Of a DNA stretch of 64,000 bases, positions 11,098 to 20,010 are shown piece by piece. The DNA lies in contig OX337230.1 in assembly GCA_946965045.2 (NCBI GenBank), forward strand, positions 1,302,001 to 1,366,000. Direction: 5' to 3'. The position numbers were made by a program, and so were the translations under genes. Positions within the stretch are counted from its first letter, which is position 1. The number at the start of each line of letters is the position of its first letter. Under the pieces are notes generated by a model. The model ran no database searches. It saw only the letters and a program-made list of their open reading frames with translations, and had not been told where the DNA came from. The stretch is from Epithemia pelagica. Its lineage: Eukaryota; Protista; Bacillariophyta.

Positions 11098-13312
11098 TCA
11101 CTCGTCCTTAACCGAGTGCATGCTAACACGTCCTTGAGCTTGAGCCATTCGATCCAGTTCCTCATTCACATCGCCATGTGGAGCAAACATTGGATACTGA
11201 TTGAGCTTCGCTCCAAAGTTGCTTTCGTCCGCCCTTCCGTTGATCAGATGAGTGTCCTCATCATGACCATTCTGCTGGTCATCTACATTGTCTCCTTCCT
11301 CGACATAACCCTTGATTTCGTCAGCGTTTGTTATCTGTCGTTTCAGCACCTCGTGATCACCAGTTCGGTGAAGTCGCTTGTGCGACTTTTGTGTAAGGTT
11401 GACCAACATGACCTTCTTGTCAGCCTTTTCGAAACGATGAGTAATTCCTTGAATGGCTGCCACTGCAGAGTGATCAATGATCAAGGCATCTACAGGAAGA
11501 AGGAACACGTGCAAGTGAGTTGACGCCATTGACCGATACACTACGCTGCTCCAGTATTGGCTTACCTTTGAAGTCAATCACAATCATATCTGGATCGGAA
11601 GCCACGTTGAACATGTTGATAAAGTTACGAGCACTCGAAAAGAAAATGGCTCCACGAATGTGCACATACTTGACAACTGGGTAGACTTCTCCATTGATGG
11701 TCATGTCGGTTTTGATGGATATGTCGCCTTGCACGTGATTTGCAGAATCCCATGCATGGACCAGGGCACTAAACACAATTCCTGCCGCAATTCCCACAGC
11801 TAGATTGAAGAACACAGCAATCAAGGTGACCAGAAGAATTGTGATTCCATCGGACAAACGTCCATATCGCAGAATGATAAATGTCTTCCACTGGAAGGTG
11901 GACAATACGACCATGAACAAGACACCGGTCAAGGTTGCAACAGGGAGTAGCTCGATAAAACCTGACAAGGCCACAATAAACAGCAACATGAAAATACCCG
12001 ACATGGTGGAACTGACACGGTATCGTGCGCCATTCATAATGTTAATAGTCGACTGGCCAATCATGGCATCTCCTCCCATGGCACGGAACAGACCACAGAC
12101 AGCATTGGCAACACCTTGAGCCAAAAGCTCTTGATTGGAGTCCGAGATCTTAGGAACCGTGTCGGTGATTTCGTTACATGCTTGAAGCGTGAGAACGGAT
12201 TCGACACCTCCGATGGCAGCCAAGGTGACAGCATAGAGGAAAACGTTGTTGATAGTTTCCGAATCGGAGGGTATGTTAGGCCAGTCGAATTTCGGCAAAT
12301 CTCCCGACATTTTAGCGGTTTCTTCCACAGTTCGCGTCGATACGTCAAAGAGCTCCCGAAAAATGACGTGCTCCAGGAATGTACCAACGAGTAGACCAAC
12401 CAGAGAAGCAGGAACCATGGAACCAACTTTGGGAACAAGCGGAAAGAATTTCATGATCGCCATACATATTGCTACTTGAACAAGAGTCAAAATCAACTGC
12501 CATGTGTCGTCCTTAAAGGTCAGCCACTGTCGATCGTCAAGGTCGCAATCGACAAAGAGAGGTTCCTCATCACATTTTTGAAAGGCTGGCAACTGAGCCA
12601 TGAAAATGATAATGGCTAGACCATCCATGAACCCAATCAAACCTGTTTCTGGGATCAACCGGACCACTTTCGCAAGACGCAGCCAGGCAAAGGCAATTTG
12701 CATGAGGCCACAAACAAACATGGTCATATAAAGGACGTTCAACCGTTGGTCTACAGTCAGGTAGTCCAAGACACCATCGTCCTCAGTCAAGTCGGCAACA
12801 ACAACGGCCAGAGCACCAGCTGCACCTGAGATCATACCCGGTTTTCCACCCATTAGTCCAGTGATGGTAGCCATCCAAAAGGTCGCCTGCAAACCTGACA
12901 AGGGTGGTACACCAGCAACAAAAGAGAAGGCAATGGATTCTGGAACTTGCATAATGGCAACTGTAAAACCCGAAATCACTTCATCGTACAAGGTGCGAGG
13001 ATTCGCCTTGTAAAACTCAAACGTTTCACCCAGATACTTGGGAGCCCAAGTGGGAAAGCCCGTAACAGCCCCAACTCCTGTGCTCACTTCGTTTCCGACG
13101 ATTCCACCCACATACCGACCAACTTGAGGAATGAATGCCCAAAAGGGATCGCGCTCGTCTGGGTTCGATTCGTCATCGTCCTCGGCGTACTCGCCGTTCT
13201 CATACTTGGTGCTCTTTTCACCGTTCAATGGTTCATCGTGAATTTCTTCGGACTCCACTCGTGGTCCACTGTCGTCGGCATCATTCTCTGGACTCGGCGG
13301 CATGTTGTTCAA
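11098..13312 (-). CDS. SulP/SLC26 anion (sulfate/bicarbonate) transporter with C-terminal STAS domain (intron 11490-11565)
   Basis: VPESIAFSFVAGVPPLSGL, GGKPGMISGAAGA, GGDAMIGQSTINI, many transmembrane segments. STAS-like GAIFFSSA...VIDFK|DALIIDHSAVAAI...KKVMLVNL. Confidence 0.92.
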
Positions 13313-13667
13313 TTTCTGGCTTTCTCCAGTAAGTGGTCCTCTTTCGGACGCAAAACAAACAAGGAAAAAGATATACTTTTCACTTTTAGCTTCTCTTATC
13401 TCTCACGGATGTTTGTGGTTGTTCTGGTGCACTATTGTTTGTCAAAAAAGCGAAAAAGCGTCGTAGGCCATGTCTGGTCTGCGATGGTTGCGATTTGCGA
13501 TGCGTTCAACTTCTGTCGCTGTGTCTTCCAACGGAGCTGTTAACGCATGGTTTAACGCCACCTCGACTACCGAATCCTACTCTTTGGAGCTATACAAACC
13601 CAACCGAACACAATGACGGAAAATGAGGTCGGAGGACTCCCCTGCGCAACACATAAGCGAGGGGTAC

Positions 13668-14068
13668 GCGGTTCTTGTTCCTCTCTTATCAGCTCTTTGT
13701 CACATAACATCTACTATCTTATAGTTACATATACCGGTGCTCTGGGGGGGCGAGCCCCCCACCCATCCTTTCCCAAGGAGGGCGGGTATTGTGTTTCACT
13801 CCAGAATGTGGCGGGACTCGGATCCCGTCACGAGTTCTGTCCATTGCGTGCGAGTGTGCATCCAACCACACAGCCATCCCAAACACAGACCCCATTAAGG
13901 AGCCAAGATACCCTGAAATATCATCACAAGTATCTTGCCAACATACTCCGGCTGCCAAGCCATTGTATATCGTCTGCAGGATAAGCCGTTGCAGCGTCTG
14001 CAGGCAAGCTGGCAATAGCAAGCGAGCTGGACTTTACTCTTTGCAGAGTACCGTCGAGCCAATTCCCC
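13668..14068 (-). repeat. Repeat B2 (terminal copy, 401 bp)
   Basis: Identical by eye to 14336-14736. Confidence 0.95.
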
Positions 14069-14083
14069 GGGTGGGCGGGTGGG
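14069..14083 (+). other. G-quadruplex motif GGGTGGGCGGGTGGG forming the whole A2/B2 spacer
   Basis: Four GGG runs with single-nucleotide loops. Boundaries coincide with the end of B2 and the start of A2. Confidence 0.85.
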
Positions 14084-14338
14084 CGAAAAGAGAACTGCCA
14101 ACAGGATCAATGGGTGATCAGATCCTTGACACTGCCGCTGTTAGCTCTTTCCATTAACTTATGATCATACTTCCTCATTCACATGTTGGTTGGGATGCCA
14201 TACTCTGTGCTGACGTGTACTTTACACGACAGTCCCAACCAACCAATGACTCATTCCTTGAACTCGTATCTGTGATGACGTCAACTTCTCTTCTGCGTTC
14301 GTCCGTCGGTCCCTTCTTGACCTGATGGGTACGGTGCG
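14084..14338 (-). repeat. Repeat A2 (internal copy, 255 bp)
   Basis: Identical by eye to 22465-22719. Contains TGACGT (14211), TGACTCA (14247) and TGACGTCA (14276). Confidence 0.95.
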
Positions 14339-14736
14339 GTTCTTGTTCCTCTCTTATCAGCTCTTTGTCACATAACATCTACTATCTTATAGTTACATAT
14401 ACCGGTGCTCTGGGGGGGCGAGCCCCCCACCCATCCTTTCCCAAGGAGGGCGGGTATTGTGTTTCACTCCAGAATGTGGCGGGACTCGGATCCCGTCACG
14501 AGTTCTGTCCATTGCGTGCGAGTGTGCATCCAACCACACAGCCATCCCAAACACAGACCCCATTAAGGAGCCAAGATACCCTGAAATATCATCACAAGTA
14601 TCTTGCCAACATACTCCGGCTGCCAAGCCATTGTATATCGTCTGCAGGATAAGCCGTTGCAGCGTCTGCAGGCAAGCTGGCAATAGCAAGCGAGCTGGAC
14701 TTTACTCTTTGCAGAGTACCGTCGAGCCAATTCCCC
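14336..14736 (-). repeat. Repeat B1 (401 bp)
   Basis: Identical by eye to 13668-14068. Overlaps A2 by the trinucleotide GCG. Confidence 0.95.
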
Positions 14737-14819
14737 ATCTCGGTATAGTATCTCTTGCGTTCCATTCCTTGCATCGCCGCTTGTATTGCCTTCTCATATT
14801 CCTTGTCTTTTAATGATTC

Positions 14820-16337
14820 TTACAATCCTTCAGAGAATTGAATCAACGCCTCGACCGAAGCCTTCGCGTCTGTGTACCTTTCCATCATCGACATTCCTGG
14901 TAGGACTCCTCGACTGCGGAGATGTTTCCGCCAGCGGTTGTTCATTTCAATAACCTCGGGACCCAGCTTTCGATTCTGCGCCGTTGTGGTTGCTCCTCGA
15001 CGAAAGGAACGTCTTGCACTAAATTCTTCTTCTACCTTTACTGTTTCTGGTAGAATGTCCGGGCGTTGATGTTTGATTCGTTTCCAGAGACCATGAAACA
15101 GATGGTCGAGGTCTCCGATCAACGCTCGTTGAATTTTTCCTGTTTTTGACACCCGTCTGAACAATGGTCCTTGAGTGACCTTTCGAACATGCAGTTCCCT
15201 TATTGCTCTCTCAATCCACTTCCTGATTTCAATGCCCGAGCTTGACTTTTCTGCCAATGGTTGAATATATAAGCGAAACGTTCCGTCAGTTTGTTTAAAC
15301 CGACCTGCCAGTGCTAGAGGAACGTGGGACACAGAGCTGCAATTCACACCTTCCTCCCAATGCTTTCGCAACAATCCAACGTCTACCTGTGGAATTTCCT
15401 CCCCTCGCAGGGCAGCGCAAAATCCGATGACGACGAGTGCCCCAGTCAATGCGATCTCCATCTTTCTCTGTCCTTGTGGAAAATTGGCCCATTCCTTTTC
15501 GAGAATACTCAATCCACACAATACTTCCTCCAAGGTCACCGCTCTATCCGGGATCCAAACGTCTCCCATTCGACGATGGCAACCCGCCATGAATCTCTTG
15601 AACCAGAAACTGTTCGTCGGGCTGGACGTAAACATGAGTGCCGTCCTATCACCTGTGCCCATTGTCGACATACCAGTGCCTCCCGGTAGCGTGTGAATAA
15701 AGTTCGAGACAACTGACCGAACCTTCCTTGCCGTCTCGAATTGAATGTGCTTTGAATTTCGACCATCTTGGAGACTCTTCATTAGGAGTATACAAGCGAT
15801 CGACATCCCGACAGAGTCGCCAATCTCAAAAGGCCCTCGCTGCGGCAGTGGCTCGCTTAACCCGATCAAGTTTGCGGTTTTCTGCAAATTTCTCATTTCT
15901 CGCCAGTTTTTCTCGACCGTTGATCGCTCTCTTGCCCAAAAAGCGTCCAGGATCGCTCGTCGCACACAGACCGACAACAATTTATCTTCCTTCGATCCTT
16001 CTCGCTGAAACCTACCCTTCATGTTGTAAAACATGCATTCGTCGCACTGGAAAGGACACATTAAATGGTCACCTTCCCTGGCTTCTTGGAACCTCAATGC
16101 ATCGTCTTCAAATTCATCAAGCCCATTTGGATCTATCAACGCGTCGTCCAGATCGCCCGCTTCAAGTACTGGGAATCGGTCATCTGCATCTTGGACGTAA
16201 CAAGATGCATGCCAAGCTCCTGTGCATCTCCGACTAGTACCCCGTGTACATCCAAAATTGGCGCAGACAATGCCCGTCAATGGGGGAATCGGATGACCAC
16301 ACTTTTGACAGACCGTCGTGGACCGCATCCAGTACAT
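14820..16337 (-). CDS. Tyrosine recombinase of the YR retrotransposon, with Cys-rich N-terminus
   Basis: GFCAALRGEE (Arg I), LAGRFKQ (Lys), RSFRRGATT (Arg II box), NRWRK (Trp), MERYTD (Tyr nucleophile). Overlaps the end of pol. Confidence 0.9.
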   Translation of the reverse strand: MYWMRSTTVCQKCGHPIPPLTGIVCANFGCTRGTSRRCTGAWHASCYVQDADDRFPVLEAGDLDDALIDPNGLDEFEDDALRFQEAREGDHLMCPFQCDECMFYNMKGRFQREGSKEDKLLSVCVRRAILDAFWARERSTVEKNWREMRNLQKTANLIGLSEPLPQRGPFEIGDSVGMSIACILLMKSLQDGRNSKHIQFETARKVRSVVSNFIHTLPGGTGMSTMGTGDRTALMFTSSPTNSFWFKRFMAGCHRRMGDVWIPDRAVTLEEVLCGLSILEKEWANFPQGQRKMEIALTGALVVIGFCAALRGEEIPQVDVGLLRKHWEEGVNCSSVSHVPLALAGRFKQTDGTFRLYIQPLAEKSSSGIEIRKWIERAIRELHVRKVTQGPLFRRVSKTGKIQRALIGDLDHLFHGLWKRIKHQRPDILPETVKVEEEFSARRSFRRGATTTAQNRKLGPEVIEMNNRWRKHLRSRGVLPGMSMMERYTDAKASVEALIQFSEGL

Positions 16338-19300
16338 GTCTCGCTCTTGAGACTTGCCATGGCCTGTGAAAAAGATGAGCGTGAACAAATGCGACTATGA
16401 GAGGTTCATGTTGGTCTTTTGACCACAAACAACAATCAACCGGAATCGTAAAGACGATGTCCGCAATTTTTCCGAGCTTCTTCCGCCAACGATTTGACAT
16501 AAGCGCAGGACAAACGAAGATATGGGAGTTATCGGGACGAATATGATGTGAATCGCACATCAAATCCAACGCAACGTCTGCTATCGCGGGGGGCGGGTTC
16601 CACACAAAACATCCTCGTTCGAATGCCTCGTCGAACCACTGTTGGGGCGTTAGCTTCTTCCATTGTAATCCGCCTGTATATTGAATCAGCCAGTCGATCG
16701 CGCCTGGGAATCGCTCTTCCGAGCTCTTGTGCAGTGGGACGTGAAATAACATGGAATCGCCCGCCATTACACCCGTCAGCAGATCTCCTCTTGATAGACC
16801 GTCCGTGCCTTGGTCTATCATTCTGGTCCCGGCAACCCAAACTACTCTCAAGAAGACATTCCCGTTCATTTCGAGCTTGCGTGCTCGAAGGACAAGCTCA
16901 AACAGCAATCTCGAAGAAGACGTTCCCCGATAAAAAGCAGACTCCGACGTAGAGTTGTCTGTAAACAAGAAAACCTCGGTCCCCACCTTCAATCGGCCGC
17001 TTGTCACCAAGGCCTCCAATCTGAGAATTAAATTGTACAATTCTCTAAAGTTTGATGAACGGGCTCCGTACTCGCGGGTCCAGAGGCCATGTTCCGTGTC
17101 AACCTCATCACTCCCGTACAACCACAATGACGTTCCAAAGCCTTCACCGGATGCATCACCAAAAATAATCACAACTTGTGAACCCTTTCTTGGGCGTGCT
17201 AAGAGTCGCGGTGGCGTGTCTCCGGCTGTCAAGTTCGCTAGTGCTTCTACGTCGTCGTTGAACCTCTTGGCTTTCTTTACCTTGGAGGGAGCAGGTCCAA
17301 ACGCAATGGTTTTGTTTGATTCCTCTGCCAGCACCGCTTCTCGTTCCTTTGGTGGCAGTCTCCATCCCTCCTCATTTCGGTCTGGTCTCCAAGTCTCGAG
17401 AGTCAAATGGATCCCTTTTAAGTAAGGGACCATGCTCTGAAATGTCAGAGAGACATAAACCAGAAATCCACGAATGCGCTCTAATTCCTTTCGCTCAATC
17501 TCCTCCTCTTTCGCTGCCCATTCGACCAGCCTCTGGACGAGTCCCTTGGTCTTTTTCCATCTTTCTGCCGAGACAGTTTTGTACACGGCATCACCTGTTG
17601 TCTCTACAACGGCCCCTGCCCATGCTCCTGGGGTTTGACTTGGAGGTCGCCGTTTTCGTGCCGCATCTTGAAGTCCGAAAAAGGCTGCTCCTTTCGCCAT
17701 CGCACTCGAGGCTAGCCATGCCTCCTCCCGACTGGGAGCGGTCCCCCGAAGATCATCGACGTAGGTGTGGATGTCTACTGCCATTTGTCCGTCTTCTCGA
17801 ACCTTGCAAATCCACGGTTTGGAGGAGTCATATTCGCGACTCCCGGGCAAATTGATTTCCACCCTTGCCCATCTAAAAATGTTTTTCTTGTCAAAACGAC
17901 ATCCAAAGATAACTCGTTTGACTCGTTGGGAGCACTGTGTCGTCTGATATGGGGACACTGTTATCCCCATTGCACAACGAACCCAAGCCTCCCACTTTCT
18001 TTTCTGGCCTGCTTTATTGTCCAGCTCCTCTGCAAACATGGCCGTCAAATCCACTCCTGTATATTTCCGAATTTCTGGATGAATCCAGAAATTCAGGAAC
18101 ATTTCTCCAAAGTCGTTATCGACCGACCACGTGGACACATCAACTGATCGAAGCATGGAGTCAACGGTAGCTAAGCTGAACCATGGCGCATGCAAGGCCG
18201 CGTTGAGGCCACTCTTCGTGCCATCATACACCATTCGTATGTCGGTAGGGCCCTTTGGAACGGAGAAAAAGCTGGTGAGTGATAAAATTCCAGCATGTGG
18301 GGCGATGTACCCTCTGCTCCTAACTTTGCTGATCTTCTTCTTTTCTAATCCTCTGCTTGTCTCATCCGGGTTGTTCCTCTGTGGTATTCTGTATCTTGGT
18401 GGTCGACCAATCCACATGGGTTTAACGCCGTCCCGCATTTCGACATGCCAGACTCGATCAGGCATCCTCCAGAAAAAAGGTGAGGAGCCTGAGTCCCAAT
18501 CCCACCATGACGATAAAGAGACATGCTGCATCGCGCTTAACCCCGCATCGAGTGACGCTTTCTGCTCTTGACCGTCCAATTGTTTCTTGTGGAGTCTCCA
18601 CCAGGTCCAAAAATCGTTGGCCACCTTTCTTTTCCAATATATCAACGCCCCCTTACGAATTGATGCTAACGCCTTGATCTTTCGTTGAGTCTCCGTGAAC
18701 GACTGAACTCCGAACTTTGCCAAAATTCTGTCATTCCAAAGGTGGTACGGGATTTCCGCGTCGTCTGCTTTCGTGGCTTTCAAATTTCGATCCTCGTCCT
18801 TGATTTCATCAGATAATTCGACAATCAACGAAGGGTCCATGTCGTCTAGAGTGGATGGCTCATCCCACTCTTTCATTCCAGGCTTTTCCTTGTTGCTTGA
18901 CGATGTCTTTTTCAAATTGGGGCGGTCTCGATCTCCCATTGAGTCACGAGGTTGAGTTAGGAAGCGACGGATCAAGTGGACAACCTGGACTCTTGATTTG
19001 AACGGTGGGCCCACCTGGTCCACCCATCGCTCCAGGTCATCCTCTGGTGCATGTTTACTTAGAATCGCAGGGAAGTCGAGCGCGAGGGAAAGCTCTCGAA
19101 CTCCTAACCTCCTACACACCAACCCTGTTGGAGAGAACACGCTTGGGAGAACGTGCAGGGCGGACTTGTCCCTTTTCCAATCCAACTTACGATTCATGAG
19201 AGAGGTCTTGTTATCTTCCGATGCTTTAACGCGTCCGTGAAGGGTATGATCTATTATACCCCGAACGCTGGTGAACTTCAAGCCGGTGTCTACTGCACCA

Positions 19301-20010
19301 TCCCACCAATTCTCGAAAGCTGAATTCGTCACACCTGTTGATGTGGTTTTTGTGGTTATGTACAACCAATCCACTCGGGTGGTGACACCTCCCAAAATTC
19401 CATGGTCCATTCTCATTCGTGTGGTGGACCACTCTTCACTTGTTGGGGGGCCAGCAGAGGGGCGGCTCTTCCACCAAACAACAACCTGCAATTCTTTCGT
19501 GGACCAAACTGTGTGACTCGGACCTGGAGCCATACCATCGAAAAACACAATGTTCGTCGATGGATAACAATTTAAGCCACCTTCCTCCTTTGATGAATTT
19601 TCGCCACACTTCGACACTTCATCGCTCTTCCTCTTTTTACTTCCCCAACTTTTCGCTCTTGGTTTCGCCAACCGAAGAGACATCCATTCTCGATGCATGG
19701 TATCCTCGCCCTTTAGCGCCACTCCCGTGCTATCTATCCAGATCACAGGGCCCAAAAGAGATGTTGTCCAGTACCAAAAGGGGATATCTCTACACACCAA
19801 TCCGACTGTATAGCCACTTGTTCCTATAGGCAGGCGTGCTTGTTTACTTTCCAGAACGCCATTTTCTGGAGGAAGCGAGTCTGGACAACATCTCTTCGCT
19901 AGCTTAACATCGCTAACCGTAAGCCAAGTCGTCTCAACTGAACTTTGTGCTTGGTCTTCATCTTCATATAGTTTGCGTTTGGTTCCTTTGTTGAGACTCC
20001 CTGTATTCTG
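16234..20010 (-). CDS. Pol (MTase-like remnant - RT - RNase H - Dam-like remnant); open frame runs up to the gag stop codon
   Basis: RT: SFFSVPKGPTDIRMVYDG, DFGEMFLNF, MGITVSPY, YVDD. RNase H: FGDASGEGFG, SNFRELYNL, FTDNS, GTDGLSRG. The 70 codons 20010-19801 upstream of the ORF-track start are stop-free and in frame. First ATG is at 19698. Confidence 0.9.
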   Translation of the reverse strand, partial: QNTGSLNKGTKRKLYEDEDQAQSSVETTWLTVSDVKLAKRCCPDSLPPENGVLESKQARLPIGTSGYTVGLVCRDIPFWYWTTSLLGPVIWIDSTGVALKGEDTMHREWMSLRLAKPRAKSWGSKKRKSDEVSKCGENSSKEEGGLNCYPSTNIVFFDGMAPGPSHTVWSTKELQVVVWWKSRPSAGPPTSEEWSTTRMRMDHGILGGVTTRVDWLYITTKTTSTGVTNSAFENWWDGAVDTGLKFTSVRGIIDHTLHGRVKASEDNKTSLMNRKLDWKRDKSALHVLPSVFSPTGLVCRRLGVRELSLALDFPAILSKHAPEDDLERWVDQVGPPFKSRVQVVHLIRRFLTQPRDSMGDRDRPNLKKTSSSNKEKPGMKEWDEPSTLDDMDPSLIVELSDEIKDEDRNLKATKADDAEIPYHLWNDRILAKFGVQSFTETQRKIKALASIRKGALIYWKRKVANDFWTWWRLHKKQLDGQEQKASLDAGLSAMQHVSLSSWWDWDSGSSPFFWRMPDRVWHVEMRDGVKPMWIGRPPRYRIPQRNNPDETSRGLEKKKISKVRSRGYIAPHAGILSLTSFFSVPKGPTDIRMVYDGTKSGLNAALHAPWFSLATVDSMLRSVDVSTWSVDNDFGEMFLNFWIHPEIRKYTGVDLTAMFAEELDNKAGQKRKWEAWVRCAMGITVSPYQTTQCSQRVKRVIFGCRFDKKNIFRWARVEINLPGSREYDSSKPWICKVREDGQMAVDIHTYVDDLRGTAPSREEAWLASSAMAKGAAFFGLQDAARKRRPPSQTPGAWAGAVVETTGDAVYKTVSAERWKKTKGLVQRLVEWAAKEEEIERKELERIRGFLVYVSLTFQSMVPYLKGIHLTLETWRPDRNEEGWRLPPKEREAVLAEESNKTIAFGPAPSKVKKAKRFNDDVEALANLTAGDTPPRLLARPRKGSQVVIIFGDASGEGFGTSLWLYGSDEVDTEHGLWTREYGARSSNFRELYNLILRLEALVTSGRLKVGTEVFLFTDNSTSESAFYRGTSSSRLLFELVLRARKLEMNGNVFLRVVWVAGTRMIDQGTDGLSRGDLLTGVMAGDSMLFHVPLHKSSEERFPGAIDWLIQYTGGLQWKKLTPQQWFDEAFERGCFVWNPPPAIADVALDLMCDSHHIRPDNSHIFVCPALMSNRWRKKLGKIADIVFTIPVDCCLWSKDQHEPLIVAFVHAHLFHRPWQVSRARHVLDAVHDGLSKVWSSDSPIDGHCLRQFWMYTGY

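Noticed and set aside
13613-14813. Duplicated ORFs of 95-123 aa on both strands
   Set aside because: They are translations of the non-coding B repeats and are duplicated only because B is duplicated.
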